Of a stretch of DNA of 64,000 bases, positions 1 through 9,636 are shown one piece after another (positions within the stretch are counted from its first letter, which is position 1; each line of letters begins with the position of its first letter). The translations under genes were made by a program, and so were the position numbers. Below the pieces are notes generated by a model. The model ran no database searches. It had not been told where the DNA came from and saw nothing but the letters and a program-made list of their open reading frames with translations. The DNA comes from a virus (taxonomy: Duplodnaviria > Caudoviricetes): the IMG/VR virus record IMGVR_UViG_3300028483_000002, positions 9,580 to 73,579 of that record; one strand, written 5' to 3'.

Positions 1-1055
1 TTATTAGAAAGTCTACTAAACATTACCATTGTATCGGCAACTTCTTTTGACGAACGAGTAAATCCTTTGGCAATACCATCTTCCATAACTTTTTCTATGC
101 CCATAAGAAATTCACCCATTTGAGAATCTTCTAAACCACTTGCTTTAGCCGCTCCATACAAATACGAAAAATCGTTGCCAATATCTTTTGAGCCACCATA
201 ACGCATCATTTTTCCAGCCAAATTGATATATTGGTTTTCATCTCCGTTAGTTGCATAGGCCCACTTTAATGCTGATTGTGCATTAACCCCAGCACTGTCA
301 ATATTTTTGACTCCTTGTTTTGCTAACGCTTGCACATATTGGTTGAACTCCGCATTATCTAAACCCGTTCCAACATTATAATTGTTTAGTCTTTTATATA
401 TATCAAAGTTTTCTTGTGATGAACCATCAAAATTAAAACTTTTTCCTGATTGATTAATTATTGATTCATTGCTAGCATATTTGTCCGAGAAAGCAGTTGC
501 CCCTTTTACAATAGCCCCACCTATTAACAACCCAGGTATAGCTTTGCCTAATATACCTGCAAATGCATCCATACCATTATTTTTTGCCAAATCCTGAATT
601 TTTGAAACAGAATCAGCAGTATTGCTAAAAGCACCTGAAACTGCCCCACCCATATTTCCATGAATAATATTTGATGATAATGAATTCCCGTTGTTAAATA
701 AACCAACTAACAATTGTTCCCTAGTTTTATCTATTTGTTCTTGGCTTTTATCATAATCTTTGATTGTGCGTCGTACTTTTGGAACATCATCTTTTAAATC
801 TGCAAGTGATTTTGAAAGTTGTTGAAAATTGTATATAATAGTTGGTAATGATTTTTCAAATTCACCAACTAACATTTTTTGAGATGAATCAGAAAAAGAT
901 GGATTGTTTAATATATTTCCTTGAATGGCTTCAGAGGAAGAAGAATTAGTGTATAAAGGTTGTTGTTGTGTCTGTTTGGTAATATCATCTAATCCACTCT
1001 TTACGCTGGATGTATCTAATGACACATGACCTTTTATATCTATTTGTGCTGACAT
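1..1055 (-). CDS. Tail tape measure protein, N-terminal part (runs off the left edge)
   Basis: Manual translation from ATG 1055 (SD GGGGGAAG) is open to base 1: MSAQIDIKGHVSLDT...GAVSGAFSN...GLLIGGAIVKGATAFS. It is helical and G/A/S-rich, and sits right after the tube and chaperone genes. Absent from the ORF track because it is truncated. Confidence 0.7.
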   Translation of the reverse strand, partial: MSAQIDIKGHVSLDTSSVKSGLDDITKQTQQQPLYTNSSSSEAIQGNILNNPSFSDSSQKMLVGEFEKSLPTIIYNFQQLSKSLADLKDDVPKVRRTIKDYDKSQEQIDKTREQLLVGLFNNGNSLSSNIIHGNMGGAVSGAFSNTADSVSKIQDLAKNNGMDAFAGILGKAIPGLLIGGAIVKGATAFSDKYASNESIINQSGKSFNFDGSSQENFDIYKRLNNYNVGTGLDNAEFNQYVQALAKQGVKNIDSAGVNAQSALKWAYATNGDENQYINLAGKMMRYGGSKDIGNDFSYLYGAAKASGLEDSQMGEFLMGIEKVMEDGIAKGFTRSSKEVADTMVMFSRLSN

Positions 1056-1075
1056 TTCTTCTTCCCCCTATTTTT

Positions 1076-1423
1076 TTATTCAAAAGTAGCTTTCGCTATT
1101 TCTTCTTCTGAATAACCTAATTCTCTTAATGTATCTGCATCTACTTTAGATTCATTTTTTTCCTTTGCTTTTATATAAGCATTTTTGATCATGTCTTTGT
1201 CAAAGTTCATATAATACTCAAACCAAATATAGAAAAATAAATTATCTAAATTATTATTATTCGAGTTTGTTGCTGCTAATATTGTCGAATAATCCTGGAC
1301 CACCATCATCTGAAACGTTTCCCACGGAAGCCACGTCCGAATAGATTCCTTCCCCATTATTTTCAAGGTGTTGTTGCACTTTGAGGCGAAATTCATACGC
1401 TTTCGCATACACCTCCTGAACAA
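1076..1423 (-). CDS. Second tail assembly chaperone ORF (gpT-like), true start uncertain
   Basis: Lies between the chaperone and tape measure genes and overlaps the upstream ORF by 167 nt in the +1 frame. Confidence 0.45.
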   Translation of the reverse strand: MFRRCMRKRMNFASKCNNTLKIMGKESIRTWLPWETFQMMVVQDYSTILAATNSNNNNLDNLFFYIWFEYYMNFDKDMIKNAYIKAKEKNESKVDADTLRELGYSEEEIAKATFE

Positions 1424-1769
1424 AACTTTGCAAAGGGATTAATCCCCAAGAAAAGTTTGCATTTTCTCTTTTTGCATTTTCATACCAAGTAGGGCCGGAA
1501 ATAACCAAGACATCTAAAGTTGCAATTTGTAACATAATTGATAAAGAAACTTCATCAAAGCATTCAGCAGGAATGTTACTTTGTCTATATGCTTTCAATC
1601 TACCAATAGCCTGTAAATCAGCCATTCTAGGATATTTGATTTTAAATTCCCCCCTAGAAGTTTGAATAGTTTCTGTTACATCTTTTCCCATAACTAACTG
1701 ATTGAACATACTTGTTTTTTCAACTTCGTTCAATACTTCTTCTTTTTTTTCGATTTTTTCAAGAACCAT
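1257..1769 (-). CDS. Tail assembly chaperone (gpG-like)
   Basis: Directly after the tail tube gene. The pattern GEFKIKYP...IATLDVLVISGPTW...YEFR resembles Twort-like chaperones. Confidence 0.6.
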   Translation of the reverse strand: MVLEKIEKKEEVLNEVEKTSMFNQLVMGKDVTETIQTSRGEFKIKYPRMADLQAIGRLKAYRQSNIPAECFDEVSLSIMLQIATLDVLVISGPTWYENAKRENANFSWGLIPLQSFVQEVYAKAYEFRLKVQQHLENNGEGIYSDVASVGNVSDDGGPGLFDNISSNKLE

Positions 1770-1792
1770 TTTTTTCTCCTTTTTTCATATTT

Positions 1793-1822
1793 AAAAAAAG
1801 GGCTATCTATTTACAGTAGCCC
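1793..1822 (-). terminator. Intrinsic terminator after the tail tube gene
   Basis: GGGCTA/TAGCCC stem followed by T7 on the minus strand. Confidence 0.6.
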
Positions 1823-1841
1823 CCTTTTGTTTTTTTATACC

Positions 1842-2378
1842 CTATACTTCTGCATCTGTTTGAGCTTCATAATCTGCACCAGAACTCATATCCAATGCTT
1901 CAAAACCTACGTTTCCTTTAACGTAAGTTCCACCCTGCATTGTTACAGAGAATGAGTTTGGTACAAGTGTATCGACAGAAGCGATAATTAGTTTTTTCTT
2001 TTCATCGTAAAAATCAAGATATTTAAACTTAGAAACGACATTACCTTGTTTAAAATCTTCTGATTTAGGATTAAAAGAAGAAATAGAAACTGATCCCCCG
2101 CCATTCAATTTTTCAGTACCTGAATATACTTTAGGACTCGCTAGAAATCCTGTTAGTCTACCAGAAACAGAAATTGCTTGTGGGTCAATTGATGCAGGGA
2201 AGATAGAATCTAAAACTTGTGCTCTTTGAGTTTGGATTTGTTTTGTCATTTCTGCACTATCAACAAATCCAATAACTTTTGCGTCTGCTGCAGATGTTCC
2301 AACACGAACTTGGCATCTATACCCAATTGTAAAAATTGATGATGCAATACCATGTGTATATTGTGCGATTCCACTCAT
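1842..2378 (-). CDS. Tail tube protein
   Basis: 178 aa beta-rich protein immediately downstream of the sheath gene. Confidence 0.7.
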   Translation of the reverse strand: MSGIAQYTHGIASSIFTIGYRCQVRVGTSAADAKVIGFVDSAEMTKQIQTQRAQVLDSIFPASIDPQAISVSGRLTGFLASPKVYSGTEKLNGGGSVSISSFNPKSEDFKQGNVVSKFKYLDFYDEKKKLIIASVDTLVPNSFSVTMQGGTYVKGNVGFEALDMSSGADYEAQTDAEV

Positions 2379-2392
2379 TATCTTCCTCCCTT

Positions 2393-4132
2393 TTAAATTT
2401 CAACAGTTGAAGTGTAAACGTGATTTACTGCTGTAATAAATACAAAATTAACCGGAGCTGTTAGATAACGTGAATAAGTAAGATATATCTTATCCCCATC
2501 AATTCTGCATTTTATATTCCAAACATTGTCATTTGAATCATTTGGAACAATATAACCATTCAAAGCCCATTCTTTTGCTCTATCAATCAGTGTTTTTATT
2601 GCTTCATTTGTTGAAACTCCTGAACCACCAATAATAGGAATAAATTGAGCTCTTAAATCACGATTCATAAATAAATCTTCACGAACCATAGAACGTTCAT
2701 TATTGATTAAGTCATCCCCTTGGAATGTAGTAACCGAACGAACACAAATATATTCAGCCAAATTCTCTGGATTAGGATTACATACTGTAATACCAGCACG
2801 AATTAAAGAAGTTATGTTAGGAATATCCCGAATTTTTCCAAACGAAAGTACATTAAGAGTTTTGAATGTTAATGGCGTTGAAGGCGACATAGCGCTCTCC
2901 ATAGCTGCTAACATTACTCCTAACCTAGCACCTGTAATTGTTTCTATTTTTCCAGAAATGGCATTTGTTTTAGTTGCATTGTCAATTACATACGATACTA
3001 ATTTATTATTCAAACCTTGTGCTGTATTAATACCATCTGTATCAGCCATACCAATTCCGCCACCAAGGATAGCTGTTCGTTCTTTTCTATTAATAGTAGA
3101 ACTCATTGATGTACAATGTGAAGAAATCAAAGACAGAACACTAGCATCTGTAGATGGAGTAGAAATTATCTGAATATCTTCTACTTCAAGGGCTTTCAAT
3201 GCTTGTTGCCATTGTGTGATGGTGTAAGAACCAATTGTTCCCCCTGTAAAGTAAATGTAACTCTCTGTATTATCAGGAACTTGTCTTGTTGTTGTTTCAA
3301 GAATTTCTAAACCACCAATTAACGACATCTTGTTCAAAGCATTAATGAATGCATCAAAGTTAGCATAAAGTTGTAAACCATTGTCAATATCAATAGGTGA
3401 ATTAGTAATTGTATCAAGTTTATATGATGATAAATCAACATCATCTGCAATTGCTTGATATGAATTAGAGTTATTGATAGCTGATACAAGAGAATCCAAT
3501 GTGTCAAAATCTTCAAAACTTAAAGTTAATTCATCAATAGCAGTTGGCTCACTTCCTTCTTCTGGAATTGATTCAGCAACAAAAGAAATAGAATTATTGT
3601 TGATAGTAACAGTTGCATTCTGTCCTTCACCATAGTAAACAACATTCATTGCTTTTTTTACAATGTTATCTACTTCTTCTTGAATTTCTTTGTACACTAA
3701 ATTAATTTTTTTTGAATTTTGTGCTGTTCCATCACTAATCATAATTTTTAGTTGATTAGTGTGAACTCCGTAATCCCAAGATTTAATTTCAATTGTTGGA
3801 ATACTTCCACTTTGCAATGTTACTGATGATTGTGTACCATCATTTACACGCATCGCAAAAACTCTCTGTGGAATATAAACATTTGAAGCTGTAAAAGCAT
3901 CCCCTATAGCGTCCAAAAGTTCTCCACCTACAAGAGCCTCTTGTGCAGATGCAACACCATCGAATTCTAACAATTCAAAAGGTTTTCCACCGTTTGATTT
4001 ACCAAGAATTACCATATTGCCTGCTGAAACACCACTAGGGCTAGATGTATTATAACTTCTTGAATAAGACCCTGGCACCCAATGTTCTGTTCTTTGGCCA
4101 CCACTCTCAAAAATTGCTGGACCTACACCCAT
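2393..4132 (-). CDS. Tail sheath protein (contractile tail)
   Basis: 579 aa. N-terminal HWVPGSYSR...MVILGKSNGGKP, ALKALEVEDIQII, and C-terminal VTTFQGDD..NERSMVRE..F...APVNFVFIT are sheath-type motifs. Confidence 0.9.
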   Translation of the reverse strand: MGVGPAIFESGGQRTEHWVPGSYSRSYNTSSPSGVSAGNMVILGKSNGGKPFELLEFDGVASAQEALVGGELLDAIGDAFTASNVYIPQRVFAMRVNDGTQSSVTLQSGSIPTIEIKSWDYGVHTNQLKIMISDGTAQNSKKINLVYKEIQEEVDNIVKKAMNVVYYGEGQNATVTINNNSISFVAESIPEEGSEPTAIDELTLSFEDFDTLDSLVSAINNSNSYQAIADDVDLSSYKLDTITNSPIDIDNGLQLYANFDAFINALNKMSLIGGLEILETTTRQVPDNTESYIYFTGGTIGSYTITQWQQALKALEVEDIQIISTPSTDASVLSLISSHCTSMSSTINRKERTAILGGGIGMADTDGINTAQGLNNKLVSYVIDNATKTNAISGKIETITGARLGVMLAAMESAMSPSTPLTFKTLNVLSFGKIRDIPNITSLIRAGITVCNPNPENLAEYICVRSVTTFQGDDLINNERSMVREDLFMNRDLRAQFIPIIGGSGVSTNEAIKTLIDRAKEWALNGYIVPNDSNDNVWNIKCRIDGDKIYLTYSRYLTAPVNFVFITAVNHVYTSTVEI

Positions 4133-4156
4133 TTTTTCTCCCTCCCATTATTTTAT

Positions 4157-4393
4157 TTATCTAATGTTTGTTTTCATTAAGTCAGAAACAGTTTGATCCC
4201 ATTGTGTTTTTGTTTGAATTTTTTTTGGATATAACTGTTTTAATAAGTTTGAAATATAAATATCTTTTGGATATAACTGTAGATATTTATACACACCCAT
4301 CTTTCTGTTATCATTCGCAACAGTCATTACACCTACCGTTGGAACATTCTCAGATTTAATTTTCTTTGACATGATTGATAACCTCCCATACAA
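4157..4393 (-). CDS. Small conserved protein upstream of the sheath (likely start ATG 4372)
   Basis: Coupled to the stop of the upstream gene and syntenic with small ORFs before the sheath in Twort-like phages. Confidence 0.4.
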   Translation of the reverse strand: MYGRLSIMSKKIKSENVPTVGVMTVANDNRKMGVYKYLQLYPKDIYISNLLKQLYPKKIQTKTQWDQTVSDLMKTNIR

Positions 4394-5183
4394 TTTCTCT
4401 GTTTATATTGTTTATTTCAGTATCTAAAATAATTTGTGAAACATTATAATCCACCTCAAAAGTAATATGTGATCCAGATAAAAGAACATCAAAATCAAAA
4501 TTGTAATTACTACTTCTTTCACCCTGTACATTTTGCCCAAAAATAGATGGTGTAAACATTTTATATTTTTCATGTAAAATTCTGTCCAAAGAACAAGTAA
4601 ACATTAAACTTAAATGTTCATACAATTCATCTTTTAACTGATCGTTCTCACACCATATTTCAACAGAAACTTTATCCCTTTTTCTTGTATCAATTTTTAA
4701 ACCATAAACACCACCAATCTCATCTCCAACAGTTCTGCTATCTGCCAATTGTTTTAATTCATCTATCCGTTCTTTGTCGTATATCAATACATAACCGGGA
4801 ATATTTTCTTTTAATGGTTGCCCATTTCTATCGGTTAAAACTTCAACAACTCCACTTTCGTTTATGTACGTTCTATCTCTTGTTGTTTCAGAAAAAATTT
4901 CATCAAAATCTTGACTTGTCAATTTGACAACACTATTTGTTTCAAACATTTCTTGCATTTCAGGAACTTTACCGTCTGACTGAGATGTTATTACAATAGA
5001 TGGAAATGTATCACCTGCCCTTGTGTTATCTTCTAATATCATGTGCGCAAAAGGATGTTCATTCGTAACATGGAAATGAAAGTTGTCATATACAGATTCA
5101 AGATGCAACCTTTCTATATATGTTCTAGTTACATCTACTAGAGCCTGTTCCACAACAAAACCAAAATTAAGATAATAAATCAT
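4356..5183 (-). CDS. Putative tail completion/terminator protein
   Basis: Position between neck genes and sheath. Contains an FPSIVIT motif and C-terminal beta strands. Confidence 0.5.
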   Translation of the reverse strand: MIYYLNFGFVVEQALVDVTRTYIERLHLESVYDNFHFHVTNEHPFAHMILEDNTRAGDTFPSIVITSQSDGKVPEMQEMFETNSVVKLTSQDFDEIFSETTRDRTYINESGVVEVLTDRNGQPLKENIPGYVLIYDKERIDELKQLADSRTVGDEIGGVYGLKIDTRKRDKVSVEIWCENDQLKDELYEHLSLMFTCSLDRILHEKYKMFTPSIFGQNVQGERSSNYNFDFDVLLSGSHITFEVDYNVSQIILDTEINNINREIVWEVINHVKEN

Positions 5184-5207
5184 CCTTAAAACTCCCCGAA
5201 AAAAAAC

Positions 5208-5280
5208 AAAAAAAAGGCAGCTAAAAACTTAATCTTTATTTAGATTAAATTTCTAGCTGCCCTTTTTAGACACACTAATA
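5208..5280 (-). promoter_or_regulatory. Late leader element L1 (TGTG box, GGCAG...CTGCC long hairpin, U tract)
   Basis: Minus strand reads TATTAGTGTGTCTAAAAAGGGCAGCTAG...TAGCTGCCTTTTTTTT. One of five similar copies. Confidence 0.7.
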
Positions 5281-5295
5281 AAAATGTACAATAAT

Positions 5296-5324
5296 ATAAT
5301 AATTTATTTATCAACTGTTGTCAA
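5296..5324 (-). promoter_or_regulatory. Sigma70-type promoter upstream of L1
   Basis: TTGACA-17 nt-TATTAT. Confidence 0.7.
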
Positions 5325-5327
5325 TGT

Positions 5328-6179
5328 TTACATATTTCTATACATTTCTTCATCTTGTTTCAAGCCTAAAGAAATTAAACTATCAATATCTGATTTAACA
5401 GCATTAGTCAATGCTCCAATAACATCAATAGAAGGTTTTGCAGGTTTTTTATAAATCCAACTTCCTTCTGGAGATTTTGCAGAAATAATTCTAAATGTAA
5501 AATATGTACTACCCGTAACATCTTTCATTCTAACCATTCCAACACTTCTATCATTCCACGCATTATCTTCTGTTAGCCTTCCTTTCTTAGCCCAATCATA
5601 ACCTTGTCTTTCGACATCTAAACCTTTATAGTTTTTTTCACTATATTTTTTGAATACGTTTACATAAGATAAATTTAATCCTTTTACAGCAGAATTATAT
5701 GCTTTTTGTGGAATAAAATTGTTAAAATGAGCCCTTTTTGTGTTTTTATCGTTAGGTGTTCCCCACCTAAAAGGTATAATCAAATATGGAACACCTTTTT
5801 TACTTACCCTTGATTTATTACCATAAGGATGAGTTTGTTTCATGTCATATTCAACAGCCTTAGAACCTTTTATTTTAGATTCTAATTGCATATTATTTGA
5901 TCCAACAGAATAATGAAAACTACCTTTTTTTTCTAATCTTAATGATTGCACAATTCTACTTGTTACACCGTCTAAATATGGAATTCCCGGTAATTCTTCC
6001 GTACCTTTTAAATAATTAGAAAATCTTTGATAAACATATCTTCCTGCCATCTCAAAAGCATTAGCTGTATTTGGCAATGCAGCTTCTGGAGAGTTCTTAA
6101 AAGAGTTTTCGAATTCATTTACAAATTCTTTTAATTCTGATAAATCATAATCAATTTTTATTTGTGTCATTCCCCTCAC
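5328..6179 (-). CDS. Putative neck/tail-completion protein
   Basis: Position in the head-tail joining block. Contains the motif YDMK......KSRVSKKGVPYLIIPFR. Confidence 0.45.
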   Translation of the reverse strand: MRGMTQIKIDYDLSELKEFVNEFENSFKNSPEAALPNTANAFEMAGRYVYQRFSNYLKGTEELPGIPYLDGVTSRIVQSLRLEKKGSFHYSVGSNNMQLESKIKGSKAVEYDMKQTHPYGNKSRVSKKGVPYLIIPFRWGTPNDKNTKRAHFNNFIPQKAYNSAVKGLNLSYVNVFKKYSEKNYKGLDVERQGYDWAKKGRLTEDNAWNDRSVGMVRMKDVTGSTYFTFRIISAKSPEGSWIYKKPAKPSIDVIGALTNAVKSDIDSLISLGLKQDEEMYRNM

Positions 6180-6182
6180 CCT

Positions 6183-7421
6183 TTAAAAACTACCATCAAC
6201 ACCTTTTCTCGTAATTGTATTGTTTTTTTGTACATTTATATTCGTTTTTTCTGCATAAGCATTAAATAGTTTTAACACTACTTTTTTGGGAAATCGTTGA
6301 TCTTCTGATGTTCTTAATTGTGGAATTTGTTTTGTTGCTCTATAAGTTGGCAGAACATGATATGTAATTGAATATGATTCACCAAACATAGGAGCATTTT
6401 CAGAAGTTGATAACCATTTTATTTTATTAGTATCTACTAAAACAAAATCCTTTCCTTCAATATATTCAACTTCTTCGCCATCAACAATACCTTTGCATGA
6501 AACAACATCGTACACAAAATAAACACCTAAAGTATCTGTATCAATTTTAGTTCTAGATATAACTTCTTTATTAGTATAAGTGCCTGTCAAAACTGTTAGA
6601 ATATCATCATTTGCAACATCACACCCATAAGGGAACGAACAAATTGCATCTCCATTTACTTCTTCAACTGCTTTTGCATCAGTTTTGCTAAAGTTCTGAC
6701 TTAAAACGACAAAAGTAAAAGGTTTTAAATATTCAACATTTTCAACGGTAATTGGTTCTGTAATCGGAATTTCTTCTTGTGTTTCTTCGTTTTTTGTTGG
6801 TTCAATTAAAAACTTATTTAATCTAAACTCTTTTGCAATATATTCTATTCCTGCTCCATCAATAATTTTCCCAATACTAATAATATCACTTGGAACAGAA
6901 TAATAAACTCCATCAATATTAGACTTGCTGTTTTCTAGCCCTGGAACCGTATAATATGTACTTTGATTATTTTTTTCTGCAACAGCACTATCTAAATGAT
7001 TAATCAGACTTTCTCTTGTTACAACAGTAAAATAAGTGCCTTTTTGGGGAACTTTTTCTACATTAAGATATATAAATGAGCCTAATTTTTCTGCACTGGA
7101 GTATCTATTCCCATTCATATCGTAAACTTCTAATAATTGTCTACCATCACATTCTGCATCTGAAATTTTCAAAAATCCTTCTTCATCATTCAACATTACT
7201 GTTTGATAAGTAATCATTGTTTTTTGGAAAGTGTAATTATAGCCCCTTCCACCACAAATTTTGCAATGAATATCAGGTTGCATAGTAATAGGTTTTACAC
7301 ATGAACATTTTTCTGCAACTCTCCATCTTACAAATTGCCCATGTCTGTCAATTAATGCTTCATAATTGTCTTTTCCAAGAGTTAATAATACTGGTGAATT
7401 TTTCCCCAAGCCTTGACCCAT
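6183..7421 (-). CDS. Putative head-closure/neck protein with Zn-finger-like motif
   Basis: RHGQFVRWRVAEKCSC...HCKICGGRGY resembles Twort-like head-tail connector proteins. Confidence 0.55.
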   Translation of the reverse strand: MGQGLGKNSPVLLTLGKDNYEALIDRHGQFVRWRVAEKCSCVKPITMQPDIHCKICGGRGYNYTFQKTMITYQTVMLNDEEGFLKISDAECDGRQLLEVYDMNGNRYSSAEKLGSFIYLNVEKVPQKGTYFTVVTRESLINHLDSAVAEKNNQSTYYTVPGLENSKSNIDGVYYSVPSDIISIGKIIDGAGIEYIAKEFRLNKFLIEPTKNEETQEEIPITEPITVENVEYLKPFTFVVLSQNFSKTDAKAVEEVNGDAICSFPYGCDVANDDILTVLTGTYTNKEVISRTKIDTDTLGVYFVYDVVSCKGIVDGEEVEYIEGKDFVLVDTNKIKWLSTSENAPMFGESYSITYHVLPTYRATKQIPQLRTSEDQRFPKKVVLKLFNAYAEKTNINVQKNNTITRKGVDGSF

Positions 7422-7431
7422 AATTTCACTC

Positions 7432-8049
7432 CTATTGATAAACGCTTGAATCAGAATATATTTGATGATATTTTTTTACATCAAATAAACTTTTAAAACT
7501 AAATTTTCCCAATCTTATATTTTTAGCAGAGTAATATCCAATCAATGGAGGGCACCATGTTACAAGATCACTCCAATGTGCATATTGTTCAATTTTATTA
7601 AAACATCTTTTTGCTTTTATTTTGGTAAATAAACCAAACAAAGGCTTTGGACTTCCAAATGTAATCAAATCTATCTTTTTACCTGTTGCCTCAAATATTT
7701 CAATCCCACAAATTTGAGCAATAGCCCCGCCAAAACTATACCCGCAAATTTGAACTTTATAATTCGGATAGTAATACATACAATTCAAAATAGAATGTAA
7801 GACAATACCTTTTGCACTCTCCCAACTAATCCACCACCCTTTAGAAAACCAATATGGGCAACCGCCTATTATTACTGGTAAAAACATAAAAACAAAATTT
7901 AAAATCCAATCTGTTTTTTGCCTAGATTCTTGGAACATTACTCTTATAACTTGTTCTTCATCAACAACTTCAATCTTCCAATCTAAATCTTTACCATTGT
8001 GATTATAATGAATAGCTCTTAAATGATTAAACAATTCGTACGGCAACAT
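7432..8049 (-). CDS. Lipase class 3 (alpha/beta hydrolase)
   Basis: Nucleophile elbow ICGYSFGGAIA, ITFGSPK, H.SDLVTWCPP (Asp) and C-terminal YHQIY (His). Also has the SRQKTDWILN lid-like motif. Confidence 0.8.
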   Translation of the reverse strand: MLPYELFNHLRAIHYNHNGKDLDWKIEVVDEEQVIRVMFQESRQKTDWILNFVFMFLPVIIGGCPYWFSKGWWISWESAKGIVLHSILNCMYYYPNYKVQICGYSFGGAIAQICGIEIFEATGKKIDLITFGSPKPLFGLFTKIKAKRCFNKIEQYAHWSDLVTWCPPLIGYYSAKNIRLGKFSFKSLFDVKKYHQIYSDSSVYQ

Positions 8050-8158
8050 TCTTTCACTCTCCTTTTATAAAAAAAACGGTTTTTTTTAATTGGACCGTAA
8101 ACCAATTTTATTTTAACAGAAAGCTGAAAAAAACTAAAAAAAAGACTTTCTGCAAAAA

Positions 8159-9298
8159 TTATAAACATCCCACCCGATAAAATCCAAAACGATATTTATT
8201 TTTTTCGATATATTCTTGAACTTCTTTTTGATAGACAGCAATTCTCGCACCAAAATAAGCAGATGTAGCAGATTGTGTTGAACTAAACGATTCAGAAACT
8301 CCATCCATACTTAAACTAGAACTAGAGAATCCCGACATTAAACCATCACCAATAATATTCAATAATGAAATAGCAGCAACCTTACCAATTATCTGTCTTA
8401 AATCCATAGGTATATCATCACTTGTTTCAAAACCTGCTGAATAATCTATTGCATAAAATAGATGTTGATTCCATGTTTCAGAACCATATCTACTTATTGC
8501 CTGAGAAATTCCTAACCATGTATCACTAGGCTTGTATGGCCTATTCATAAATTTAATAATTCCATTGGGCTTATCTAAAACAACAGAATCCATTAAATCT
8601 TTATCATCATCTCTACCACGATTTAATAAAGTACATCTTGTTACTTTTAAGATTGGTCTTTTTTTTGTTTGTATCATTCCATATCTTTGGATTTTTCTAA
8701 AAGTAAAATCATACAATGTTTCTTCTACATCATAATCTTTCCCTTTTTCGAGTTTATACTGATTAACACTTGCTTCTGATTTTATATTTTCTTTAATAAT
8801 TGTAATATTTAATAATCTTTCAACTTCTCTTGTAGCAGCTTCAATAAACCAAGAAATCTGTTCATCACTAAAGAATTCCCCGTTTGTTGCCTTAAAATCC
8901 GTTCCCCAAAGATATGTATATCTACAATCATCAGGTGTTACTGCTGTTCCCCAACAACCTTCTGGCACAACATAATTCTTAAATGAATAACCTATTGCAG
9001 ATGGAATTCCAAATTTTACCCAACACGAAAATTGATAATCTTTATATTCCGGATTTTCAATATCACTGGCCACAATTCTATATTCATACAAACCATCTTC
9101 CAACCCAAAAGAATCGACAAAATCGCCTGCTGTTAATGCAAGCGGCTCTGTTGTTTCTTCTGTTGGATCGGCAAATCCGTTTTCAGTCCAAATAAGCCAT
9201 TTTTTATTTTTATAAAATGCTCTTTCTAAATAATAAGGTTTTGCACTATTTATAGAAACGAGAATTTTAGTTTTTGTACTTTCAACGGATATTGCCAT
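8159..9298 (-). CDS. Head-tail adaptor/head completion protein
   Basis: C-terminal YSAGF....IPMDLRQIIGKVAAI....GFSSSSLSMDGVSESFS.TQSATSAYFGARI..YQKE is a typical neck-protein motif; the gene follows the capsid gene. Confidence 0.65.
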   Translation of the reverse strand: MAISVESTKTKILVSINSAKPYYLERAFYKNKKWLIWTENGFADPTEETTEPLALTAGDFVDSFGLEDGLYEYRIVASDIENPEYKDYQFSCWVKFGIPSAIGYSFKNYVVPEGCWGTAVTPDDCRYTYLWGTDFKATNGEFFSDEQISWFIEAATREVERLLNITIIKENIKSEASVNQYKLEKGKDYDVEETLYDFTFRKIQRYGMIQTKKRPILKVTRCTLLNRGRDDDKDLMDSVVLDKPNGIIKFMNRPYKPSDTWLGISQAISRYGSETWNQHLFYAIDYSAGFETSDDIPMDLRQIIGKVAAISLLNIIGDGLMSGFSSSSLSMDGVSESFSSTQSATSAYFGARIAVYQKEVQEYIEKNKYRFGFYRVGCL

Positions 9299-9309
9299 CT
9301 TTATTTTCC

Positions 9310-9615
9310 TTATTTTTTAAGACTGTAACCTGGTATAGTTAAAAGTCTTTTTGCTTCAACTTCTGTAACTTCACACAATCCTTTATCATTAAAAGTAATA
9401 GTTCTAGTTGGTAAAACTACAGATTTGTTAATAAGAGATTTGTTGAAAACTAATACATTTCCACTTCCATTTTTAACAGAAGTGTTTTCTTGTTGTTCAT
9501 CAGTTTCCACAACTTCTTCTGTTGTTTCAACTATAATTCCTAATTCCTCTACTGTTTCATTTTTTTCAACAGTAGAGGTTGTGTTTGCATTTGCTGATCT
9601 AGCCATATAACACAA
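9310..9615 (-). CDS. Small hypothetical (possible capsid-associated) protein
   Basis: Directly after the major capsid gene, with an SD sequence. Confidence 0.4.
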   Translation of the reverse strand: MCYMARSANANTTSTVEKNETVEELGIIVETTEEVVETDEQQENTSVKNGSGNVLVFNKSLINKSVVLPTRTITFNDKGLCEVTEVEAKRLLTIPGYSLKK

Positions 9616-9636
9616 CCTCCATTTTTTTTATTTTGT

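Noticed and set aside
8066-8110. Overlapping hairpins ACGGT/ACCGT and AATTGG/CCAATT before the lipase gene as a switch
   Set aside because: The stems are short and AT-rich and there is no second copy; a weak terminator is as likely
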